NCBI GenBank assembly: GCA_964057225.1
Contig: OZ059899.1
Location: forward strand, 15,376,001 to 15,440,000
Direction: 5' to 3'
Origin: Auanema rhodensis
Taxonomy: Eukaryota; Animalia; Nematoda
Length of the DNA stretch: 64,000 nt
Part shown: one piece after another, positions 1 to 11,750 of the stretch
How positions within the stretch are numbered: the stretch's first letter is position 1
How the letters are laid out: each line of letters starts with the position of its first letter
The notes under the pieces: generated by a model
What the model was told of the DNA's origin: nothing
Databases searched by the model: none
The model's input: the letters and a program-made list of their open reading frames with translations, nothing else
Translations under genes and position numbers: made by a program

Positions 1-3000
1 AAGAACATAATAAGTGCTTTTTTCATAGGAATTTAGTGAGAGGAAGCGATATAAGAAAGAAGTTTAGAAACAAAACAGATAAAATGAGAAAAAATTTAAA
101 TATTTTATGGGAAAATGAGGAATTGTTTGATGAAGAGAACATGGAAATGATGTCTACCGGAAAAGGCGGAAGAGAAATGGCGAAAGCCAAAGATTGGACA
201 GAGGCTCATTTGAAAAGAAAAAAAACGTTATTAGCATTGTTTGCTATTACAGAGTTTAATAGAATGAATTTAACTGAACTATTAGTCGCATGAACATCAA
301 TAACCACAAATTCCTAATTGTTACTACAGTATCAAAGAAGACAATGTGAACAAGAGAGAGGACTGCTTAGAAGATGAATAAGGAAAGATAGCAAAAAACT
401 CTTGACTAAACCGAAAATGTTACCGCTGTATAACAAATCAGAGCCAAAAATCGAATAAATGAGAACCGAATTTAGGAAAAGTAAGGTTTGCGAACCTTGG
501 AAGGTCATAGCTATCTGCCTATGAATGAATATAGACGTCAATTAAAAAACTATTAGGAAATGTTAAATTAGTTGATGCTATAAGAAAGTAGGGAAAAACT
601 GAAGATGAATTGTTATATAAGTTATAAAAGAAAAAATACATAATATGTGGAATAGTCGTTCAAATAAGAAGATAAAATAGTGATTGAAATAATTGAACTT
701 ATATATATATATATATGGAAGAACAAATCGATAGACCCACAATATCAAATTCTCAAAGAAAACTGAATAAAAAAGTTGTAAATTTGACATTAGATAATGA
801 AAAAACAATTGACAACGATTGCAACTTAACTGCCATACTGAAATATTTTAAAGGTGATATAAATGGAGAAAAGAAAATCTAGATCACCTTTCCTCTTACC
901 CACACTTCACCCGTTGTAGCCTAGTTTTCAATTATCAACAATAAGAAACGGAAAGTGGATGTAAAACATGAAAAAATGAAACATGCTGAAAGAACGGTTA
1001 TGACGTGTTCTTAACGCATTTTCTGTTTGAGTGCAAGAGCATTGAAGGTAAGAAAGGGTGGAGTACAGGGCACAGTGAAGATAAGACACATTCAGTCCGT
1101 TGCAAATATATGTTATCATTTAAACACTCATGTTTGAACGGACTGAATGACTGTGACCTAGCGATAATAAGGCTGATGATCTATTCCTGTTATCGCATCT
1201 CCAATTTCGGAAACAGAGGAAGAACAGCATGAACATTAGAAAGCGACAAATTCAGTTGCGATCAGGTAGGATTCTTCTTCAAGATTAACATTTGCAATGA
1301 TTTATCATATCAAGCACAGTATTTGCTTCAGAATTTATGACAGCTGAAATTCTGAATCAACACTATGACTCGAATGTATATTGATTCATCATCTAGCAAT
1401 CCAAACGTAGTAAAAAAATGTTATCTTGTATAGTAAGCAAGGTAAATCGGGCAGCTTCATATCTTAGACATATCTACATGCCATATAACTGATATAAGAG
1501 AAACATTAAAAATAAGTTATTTCATTTATTGCCCCTAATTGATTATACTGAATAGAAATAAAACGTAAGAATTGACATGACGTGATGGCGAAAAGAATGA
1601 AAAGTTATGAAGATCATTTATAAAACAAATATTGATGAATAATTTAAGTCATTTACCCCTCTCATAGAAGTATACAGTAGCAGTATAGAAATCTACAAAT
1701 AATCAAAAGATGAAACATGAGCCGGCAACATGAGCCCAGTACTATCTATTCACCTGCATCAATAACGACCATATCATTAATAGTTTATATTGTTTTGTAT
1801 ATTTTAACAATGTGGTATCAAAAATATTATGCAAAGAACTCTTGTACTACCATTCGACTAATATTAGAATAAAATATAACCTAATAAAAAAAGGTGAAAG
1901 GTATAAAGAAAAAAAGCGAAAAAAAGAGAAAAAACAGAGTAATCTGCAAATGCACAACGGAACAGCCGATATACCACACGAAAACTGAAAATAACAATGA
2001 CTGCACGTAGCGGCTCTACGTCAGTATCTATGACGTATGCTAATTGTGCCGGGACGGTTGAGGAAGCGTGGCGAGTATTGGAACACTGACAAGGTCGTGA
2101 ATTAGTTAAAAAAAGATTTTCAACATCGAAATTCTTGTTGTTGATGTCGATTTTATGTCTCCTTCTTATTGTCAGTATAGTTTTAATTAATCAGAAAAAG
2201 AGAACAAATGAGAAATATGAAAGTTAAGTATTATAAAGTATTTTGAAGGATAAAGAAAATATAGCAGATATTGAACTAAACAACAGGATTACCTATATGA
2301 AAGTAAAACTAAAAAGTCATTTTACCGTTGTTGATTCGACATGGAAGAAAAAGGGAGCGTGACAAGAAAAGTAAGACAAAGAGAAATTATTTAAAGTAAG
2401 AGAGTCGTAGCAGGGAGGAATATTTTGGAAAAAAAAACTTGGCTAAGCATTAAATTCAATAACCGTTTGTCTTTTACATGAGCAAAGTATTAATAGCATT
2501 AATAATATTAATAATATTCAGATATTAATATGATATGGTTCACTAAACGAATACACTTGAAAAGGTACGGTAAGAGTTAGTATAAACAAGCATAGATGGA
2601 TGTACATGTAACTAACATTCCGATGTGATGTTACTAAAAACATAATTTCTTGTAAACGATTTTACACGGAAGGTTAGTGCTGTACATGTGCGGCACCTAT
2701 GATCCACAAACAAGCATCAAGGTTTTGGCCGAAAAAGGTAATGATCCGGCAGAACTGCACGTTGCCTGGTCACCGTATTGAACTGACATTAAAACCGAAT
2801 TTATTATGAAAAGGAAAAAAAGATTAAAATGGCAACAGTGTGACAGACATTTGGCTTTGGCCTAACAGACTGTTTATGAAAAGCTGATTTTTCTAGTTTT
2901 GAGACTTCGTTACAGGACAGTCAGTAGAACGTCATGCTTCAAAAACGGTGGTGAATATTTTGATTAATTCAAGGATTACGAAGGTCACGAAGTAGTTTCC

Positions 3001-6000
3001 AGCTCGGTGATCTACGCAGGGTGAAATGGTTAGATCTCTCTCACTTACGCGAAGATAGACAGAAACGCGACAGGCACGAAAGACAAACGGAAAAGGAAGT
3101 GAAAACGGAAAGCAGGGAGAGGGTGCGATGATCAGAGAATGACTAAGAAAGATTGAGTATCGCGAAGAGAATAGAAAATATAAATGAGGTACTCTCAGGT
3201 GATAGAAATTGCGAGTAAGTAGGAGAGGTAGTAAAGCGAGGAACGGTGAATGAGATGGGTTTTGACGAGTAAAATATTGAGAGGGGGGAGAGAAAATGCA
3301 CGAATTGGTTGAAAGAAGGTTAAAAACGAAGGTTTTACAGTGAAGACAAGGTAAATTAAGCGACGATCTATCGGTAAATAAGAATGAGGCCTATTTCAGA
3401 AGTGTAAAAAATGACGAGAACATGTTTTTGAATGACTTTCCAAGTTTTAAACATAATAATGAGAAGATAACATCAAAGCAGCAATAATGAATGACTATTG
3501 AACAAACTTATGTGAAAGTTATATCTTATATGAGAAATTGGTCGAACACTAGACTGTGGAAGTTGGTCTACAAGACGCCATGATCGGCCTTAGATAGGTA
3601 ATGTACAAACATGGGAAGGCTATGTAATCAGTACTGACCGATGGATTAGTTTCGGTCATCTGATGCCAATCTACAATAGTAGTGGCTGTCTTTAAATATG
3701 CACACATTTCAACTTCACGCTACAGAAAGCGGTAGTTAAAGAAGATTAGGAATTATTTTGGTGACAAAATATGAAGAGAAGAAGATGAGAAGAGGAAAGC
3801 AGATGAGATGATTAAATAAAGCAGAAGAACTATTTCCTCATATCTAACTAGCCTAAGGATATGCATCTTGAAGATAATACTTATAATGAAGGACGTTTAA
3901 GAGAATATTCTTTATCTAAATTCACTGCAAATATATAAATATATTTGATCTGATCACAATTAATTTATATTGCAAAATAAAAACGCAATATTTACAAGAC
4001 TGCAGTAGCTAGTTAAGCTTATACTATTATATGAACGAAGTGAGAGAAATTGATACTTCACTTTTATATTTTGATATTGAAAGAATGCTATGAGAAATAA
4101 ATGAGATGGGAAAGAAAACAAAGAGAAAGGCAATAAAACAGCTATTTACGAACAACGGCCATATTAGAAATATGATCCTGATTAACCCCGAACTTAAGAT
4201 GACGCCATAATTTGCAGACAGATAACTGATTCATTAAAAAAAAAGTGGCGGTATGTGAGCGATGAACTCGAGTGGGAAGCTTTGGTTACTGAATAAACTT
4301 TGGCGAAGACCGATGAGCAACAGCTAGCACAAAGGGACACCAGAGAATAGATGAAGATGAGAGAGAAGAGGAGTTGTGCATAAGCAAGACAAGTAGACTG
4401 GTCACTGTTCAACCTGTATCTTCATATTCTGATCACCCTTGTAACCAATTGGAAAATAAGTAAGTAATATGTTGGTAGAAAAACCACACAAACATCGGAT
4501 AGACGCAGCTTGTCTGTTATTTTGAAGCGAAGAATAGCTGAATTAGGACAGGCATGTATGGCATTCCACGTTTAAACAATGACAACAGGAAGAATTGATG
4601 AAAGAAAAGCTGGACACGCGATGAGTAGCATTTGAAATTGCCTGAATAAGGAAGCGCACATTTCAAAAGAATTTAGAAACATACAGACAGTTATAATTAG
4701 ATGCACAAACGAAGAATAGAAGAGAACTTTTTTCCTAACTATTTCTACAATAGTATTTTACCGCTGACTCAACCCCTTCACAAATTTTTATAATTTTTAT
4801 AATAATGGAGGAAAAATGTGGTCATATAAAATTACGAAAATTAAAATAATAGCATGAAGCGTTCTTTATTCTGACATTTGTTTGCACGTCTGTCAGTTAT
4901 GTGAGCAATGAAACGATAGTTGTGAATACAAGAACAATTTATGTAAACTATGAAATTCATCTGTTCAAAATCGTATACAATCTAAATGATCAGCTCATGT
5001 TATTTTCAGATTTCAGAATAGAAATGTTTGAGCCATCCGTTTAACAATTATTGATGGCTTTTATGTTTCGAATATCACACATATGCAGTCAATGATATGT
5101 AAAATAAAAGAAAAACACCTCGTATATTTATACTTTTACGAATTGTTGCCTTGGGATCAATCAACGATAGAATCGTGATTCAATTCAGCCAAGCTTCGTG
5201 ATAAAAAAAAGGTAAAACCAATCTTACACTTGGGAAAAAAAGAAGGAATCTTGAAAAATAATTATTGAGATTAAGTTTCACTCAGTACAAAGCATGAGTT
5301 GAATTGGATGGAATAAATAGAAAAACGGGGAAGGAGAGACTATTGAAACGACCATTCTCGTCTATAGTTAGTTCGATGAGGAACAATATGATCACGGTTT
5401 CACAGAGAATGTAAGATATATGTAAAAACATTAAACGATTTCAGAATAGCTATTAATTGAATGTGGTATATGAGAAGAAAAGGTGAGCAGTAAATAGATA
5501 GACTACACGATAACATGATCATATGAAGGACATCAGATGACAGACATTTACCAAGACAAGACAGAGAAAAGAAAGACTCAAGAAAAAAAGATAATGGATT
5601 ATCCTTTTTGTAATCGACCCGCTTCACCAACTGCGGTGGCGTTCACATTACTTTTCGATTATGAATATTCGGTGTGAAAGCATGATGCTACAGACGTGGC
5701 AGGGAAAAGTGGAAGACGACTGGGATATATGATGCCAGTCGAGAAAAGAGTAGAGTGAACGAGGTCACTCATTATAGCATGTCTTTAAGAATACCAGAGG
5801 GAAAAAGGATTCGGTTCATTCAACTTGGTTGAATCCCATTTTAGTTTTTCAAATATTTCACCAATTAATTATATCAATTCACTGCCACGTTCGGTGTGAA
5901 CAAGTGGGATCACAAATGAAAATCCAGATTATTTAAACCAAGGATGGATTAGAGATAGACGCTATATGATCGCATTTATACATAAAATTACGTATAAATA

Positions 6001-7460
6001 GAAGCCTTTTCTGATAGAATATGAGAAATATATTTTTCAATAAATAAAGTGCATATTATAATGTTGATATGACTGACAAGTGCCAAAACAATATTGGCTT
6101 TGCAAAATTTGACTTGTAAATAAACTTATTCCAAAAAATTACAATACGAATATAGTTGGTAATAATAGGACAATCCGTATCCTATCAATAGGCTCTATAG
6201 CCAATACTACTAAGAGTCAAGAGAAAAAAAAAAGAAGAAATAAATTCATCAATTGTATTCCCACTAGAGTTTCGATCGCCTACCCTTATGTTTATGAAAA
6301 CTGCCAGCTGAAGTCAATTGAAAGCGTAGCTGTATAAACATGAGTAGCATGGTCAAATGTGAAACGTTTGATGTTTCTTAGAAACGGATGTTTGGCCAGA
6401 TGATGCAAGTGTAACAGAAACAATTTGCGATATACGTACCAAACTTTGTAACTGAACTAGGGAACCCAGAACAAGTTTATGAAAAGCAACGACAGGATTC
6501 TAATATTCGCTCACACATTCTCCTCTCGCACAGCAGACGAGTTGGTCATTAGGCGTGAATACCATATTTGAAGTGAGGGATGAACAAGGCAATAATAGCT
6601 GACTATCCGGATGGTCTAGCGCAGAATTGGATAGTAGGTAGTTGAAGAGACAACAGTTAAACAAGTCGTTCTCGAGTTTATGAACATCAAGTTCATCAAG
6701 TAGCATCGAGTACAAATTGAATAGATAAATTCAAAGTTACATACAGTAAGATTAATACCAAACGATGAAAAGTTAAGCTACGCGAAACATTGTAATTAAT
6801 TGGAAGCAACCGCTCTCATCGGGCTAGCAAGTTAAAATGAGAAATGCTATACGTGACGCTCGTAACATAAAATTAATTCACAGCAGAAACCATGATGTTA
6901 AGTTTATTTCAATATTATGGATAATGACCCAGTTAAACTTTAATCTATTTACATTCGGAATTTAGATATATTAACAATAGGATTCCTCAGAACAACATTT
7001 CGCCATCAAGTTGTGAAAAAAAGGTATAAACATGGCTTCCGTCAAAATCAAGTATATTAAGAATATTCGGAGAAATTTAACTGCGGCCTACGCATTCGCA
7101 AAAGCTCTCTTTCAGACCTATAATACGATAGAGGCAAAAACCGGTTGGATTTAGAGATCTATAGTTATAGATTTAACGTGTTCATTTAATCTTCCAAATT
7201 CAAGTCCAAATATGGTGCAATGAGCATCATCTCTAGTAACGTAAAAACTGAATTATGTTCAAATTTAAAGAACAATTTGGGTGAGTTGTTGGGAAATCAT
7301 GTATAAAGTGCAAAAGGTATAAGAGCTCTTTTAACTCAAATATTTAGGAGTTGTTGCCAAATGATTAGTGAATAAGTTTTGAAAAGTAAGATTAGTAGAC
7401 AGGTCAGGCTGCAACTTTGAGTTCAAGCGTTCATGCATAATAGAATAAATTAAAACTCAC

Positions 7461-7517
7461 TCGGCACCAAGCGAAGCTTGCGAGTTGAGCTTGGTTATTG
7501 GAGAATCATTAGCGTAG
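7461..7517 (-). other. Probable non-coding first exon of a gene whose coding part lies left of the window (possible downstream operon partner of abce-1)
   Basis: On the minus strand: acceptor aacattcag at 7518 and consensus donor gtgagt at 7460-7455. It lies about 100 nt after an AATGAA near 7621 in the abce-1 3' UTR. It contains only a 4-codon ORF (MILQ*). Confidence 0.5.
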
Positions 7518-7954
7518 CTGAATGTTAGATGTTAATTAAAGCCGAATATCACAGCAAATAGTTATGGATATGGCAATGTTAGGACATTTTTAAACAAACT
7601 TCCAATTTTATAACCTAACATTTCATTGAAAACAATCGTTCTCCCAATATAAACAAAGAAAAGTGTAGAAAAATCAACAAGAACCTATCCAAAAGTAGAG
7701 AAGAAAAGCCATGTGACAACAACATCAAATTATAAAAATACAATAATTCACAAAATTTAAAAGGGCGAATTATTATTACATCAGGCTGTGCAAGAGAAAT
7801 CTTCATACATCTGACTTAATAAACTGAAAAATAGAAAATGAAAAACAAAAGAATAGATGTTCTGGGGGGTTTGTCGCATATTAAAACAATTTTTGCTTTC
7901 TGTTTTTTCAACGAATTAATAAATACAGAAATTATCAAAATTTTATTAAGAAAC

Positions 7955-10402
7955 CTAATCGTCCAAGAAGAAGAATTGTCCGCTGCGCTTCTGTTCCACA
8001 TCCTTAACAGATTCCTTCTTGTTGATTCTTGGACGGTACGTCTCAGAATCTCTTCTAAAGGTGATGTCAAGCATTTTCAAGAATCTGTTCATTCCTTCTA
8101 ATAAGCTTTGTGGCCTAAAAAAACATTTCAATAAAAGAAGGCCTGAAGATTTTACGGACTTCTTAGCTGTAGCACACTTAGATGGTTCTCCCTCAAAGAC
8201 GATAACTCTATCGGCAAGATATGTAGCCATGATGAAATCGTGTTCGACGACAAAAGCAGTCTTCTTGCAATGCATGATGTATCTTAAACAAAAAATATAA
8301 AAAAGAATTAAACAAATCGATTTACCTCTTGATAACTTTAGCGGCATGAAGACGTTGTTCGGAGTCGAGGTAGGCAGAAGGCTCATCAATAAGGTATACT
8401 GAAGCAGTTTTACCGAGACAGAGAGCAAGGGCTACACGTTGCAGTTCTCCTCCAGACAAAGTTTGAACCTATAAAGATTAAAATATCAACAAGAAGTTGA
8501 TTTAAAATTATACGTCGCGATCCAACAAAGTCTCCATCATCAATGGATTCATTACGTCAGTCTTGAACTGAGGATGAGTGTACATATTGGAGATCTTTTC
8601 GTGCAAAAGATAACGAACCTAAAAGAAATGATATAAAACATACAAGTTTAGAAAAAAGTTACAGAATTGTCAGATTTTGGTGAAATTTTTTGTGGTTTGT
8701 ATGAAATGCTCATAGCGGGAAGTTCAACCTCTTCATCAGGTTTCAATGAACCAGCCAACATTCTGAAAACAAGACGATTCGTTAAAAATAAAAAGAAGTA
8801 AATGTACCTGATCATAGTTGTTTTACCGGTACCGTTCTCCCCAAGCATAACAATGATTTCAGAGTCACTGAAATCTCCGGCCTCAACAAAAAGTTGGAAA
8901 CCACCCAAATTCTTAGACATAGATGGGTACTGAAAGCAATATATGACGACATTTTACACCAATCATAACAAACCTGGAAGTGACCGGTTCTCTTTACTTC
9001 TTCAAGTTGATCAGCAACCTTGAAAGAAAGCTTATCCTCACTGAAAGAAAAACACAGTCAAAGTTTGAAATGAACTTAACTAACCGGAAACGCATGTTTT
9101 CTGTTGGGATGAAACCGTTCAAGAAAATGTTAATTCCTTCACGAACTCCAGATGGTAAAGTAACAACACCATAAACTCCTGGTACACCATAAAGCATACA
9201 AATGAAGTCAGACAAGTAATCAAGAACAGCCAAATCGTGTTCAACAACAATGATATAGCTAAAATTATTAATAATCACAACGTATTTGAAAAATGTAACT
9301 AACTTTGTCTCAGTCATAAGTTCACGGATAACAGCAGCAGCCTTCAGACGTTGCTTAACATCCAAGTAAGATGAAGGCTCATCGAACATATACACGTCAG
9401 CCTTTTGAACAACACACATGGCAATAGCAAAACGTTGGAGCTCTCCTCCAGAAAGCTGTTCAATTTGTCTTGTTAACACACCAGTTAATTCTGAAGTATC
9501 TGATTAACAAGACTTGTGAATATCTTTTCCTACCCATATCTTCTTGAACCTTGGTGATGTTAGCCATGTCATGCTTACGACACAGCAAGTCAGAAACGGT
9601 ACCCTTAGCAGCTCTGAGAGAGAATTAAATAATACAACAACATTATATGAACAGTACCTTGGAATTTGATCAACATATTGTGGCTTCACAACAGCCTTAA
9701 GATTATCTTCTAAAATCTTTGTGAAATAATTTTGAAGTTCAGATCCACGGAAGTGATTCAAAATGGTGGGCCAATCAGGAGGAGCCTGAAGAGAAGTTGA
9801 AATGCTGTTAACTTAAATTTACTAACATCAAATTGCCCAAGGTTAGGCTTCAGTTTTCCAGCAAGAACTTTCAAAGCAGTCGATTTTCCGATTCCGTTGG
9901 TTCCAACAAGACCAAGAACCTAATTTCGAATAAAAATACTGAGATACTGGAGAAAAAGTATTATACCTCTCCACGACGAGGAGTGGGGAGCCTGTGAAGC
10001 TTGAAAGAATTAGCAGAGTATCTATGAGTTGTTTCATTTGAAAGATTAGCAGGGAGATTGATAATTTTGATAGCATCGTAAGGGCATTTCTTTACACAAA
10101 TACCTACAAAATATAGATTCAAAAAGAGTAAATTATGTATACTTACCGCATCCAATGCAAAGAACTTCAGAAATGAATAGAATTGGTGAAGAAGTTTCTA
10201 CGACCATACATTGTTTACCTACAACAGTTACTATTACCATATGAAAAAAAAATAATATACCTTGTCTGTTAACTGGGCAAGATCTTTTGCATGGCAAACC
10301 ACAATTCTTTGGCTTACATCTATCCTTTTCAACAATAGCAATACGAGTAGGTGTACTTGTTTCGGCATTAGAAGCTAATGGCCCGCCTCTTTTAGAAGAC
10401 AT
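7955..10402 (-). CDS. abce-1: ABCE1/RLI1 ribosome-recycling Fe-S ABC ATPase (multi-exon)
   Basis: N-terminal Fe-S domain ([15 protein letters not shown]...[17 protein letters not shown]). Two nucleotide-binding domains: [12 protein letters not shown] / [11 protein letters not shown], and GENGTGKTT / [17 protein letters not shown]-terminus [11 protein letters not shown]. Confidence 0.98.
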
Positions 10403-11750
10403 TTCGAAGAGACAGTTTTAACCCAGTAGTTTCTGAAAAAAATCTGAAAGTATTAGTTGGATGATTATATTATGATGCAATAGACGTGGCAATATTATTA
10501 CGACGAAATCAAGCAATTATAAATAAGATAGAAATATAACATCAAGAGATATTTAATTATTCTGTATTTACTTTTTATAATTTTAGCTTCTTTTTTCTGA
10601 ACATTTTTTCTGAATAACCTTATTTTCAGAAGGTTTTGAATAATGAATTAAAAAAAAAATACAAGCTATCGTGGCGAGACTCAAATATGTAGTCCTTTAC
10701 AAAAATCGCTCTAATCTGTACCTTGATAAACACAGTTCACCGCCATCTGATAATTTTTGAACAAAGAATATTTAAGTTTATAATGAGCAGTGCATTGTCT
10801 AATACTTATTATCTTATAACACTAGTTTAAAATCATGCTTCACATCTTAAAAAAATTTATTTTGGCCTAAACGGAAACGAAATCGTAGCTTAAAAGGAAA
10901 CGGGGAGAAAACAGAAGATTTGTTAATTAAATGAATACAACTACTTTTATAGATAAGGTTGAAGAAAAATGATATCATTTTTCATTGTTAGAAATCGGGA
11001 CTTTCCAAATAAACAAGTGTACGACCAAATAATTTCATAGCAGATAGTATAATTCATATTAGATATCGATACATAAATTAAATAGTGAACATTAAACATG
11101 ATCGAATGTCTATAGTCGATATACGTTCGTATATTTATCGAATATAATGTGTTCTCGATGCATTTCTTTCATTATCTCGTTTGATATAGAAGAAGAAAAC
11201 GTGTTATAAGAATTTTCATTGCTGACTACCTCGTCGGTTAAGTGCATTTATGAAACATCAAAAATAGCTAGCGCCTAATTCAATAACTAATTGTGATGAC
11301 GCCAATGCATCCAGATCTTATTAAATGTACATTTATAACAATTCATAATAATTAATTACAATAACAAAACAGTTCAACGATATTAGTACAAATTTATATA
11401 TTTAATCTGATATTCACCCCGCTATCGTCAAAATTCTTAGTCAGAGCTCTGAACACACATATAGTTAATTGGTTCAATTTTCAATAAAGCAAATTTGAAA
11501 GATCATAGAATTTTTAACGAAACCTCTAGCCCATTGTGGTTCGGAAAAACCTTTAGGACCAAACTGGATGTGAAACGTTTCAGAAGAAAACCCATAGATC
11601 AAGATAAAGGTTGTTATGAGATATTCGAAATTTTAGAGAACTATTCCATACATTTTTCTTGCTTGAGAGTGCGCAATCGAAAATTGAAAATCCCTAAGAA
11701 TGAGAAGAGGAAGCATCAAGTGAATATAATATTGATGTTATAGAATATTC

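Noticed and set aside
36-6715. Short ORFs from the six-frame track in the first 7 kb
   Set aside because: No recognisable domains or exon chains; many begin with GTG or TTG. They look like compositional artefacts.
10415-10500. SL2 RNA gene on the plus strand
   Set aside because: The match stops after 13 nt. There is no AG|GT leader donor and no SL RNA body, so it was kept only as an antisense UTR element.
10750-10762. Sm site (AATTTTTG) suggesting an snRNA or SmY RNA
   Set aside because: This motif is common in AT-rich DNA, and there are no convincing flanking stem-loops.
11293-11410. Box C/D snoRNA (GTGATGA...CTGA)
   Set aside because: The interior is low-complexity AT sequence, with no terminal stem or recognisable rRNA guide.
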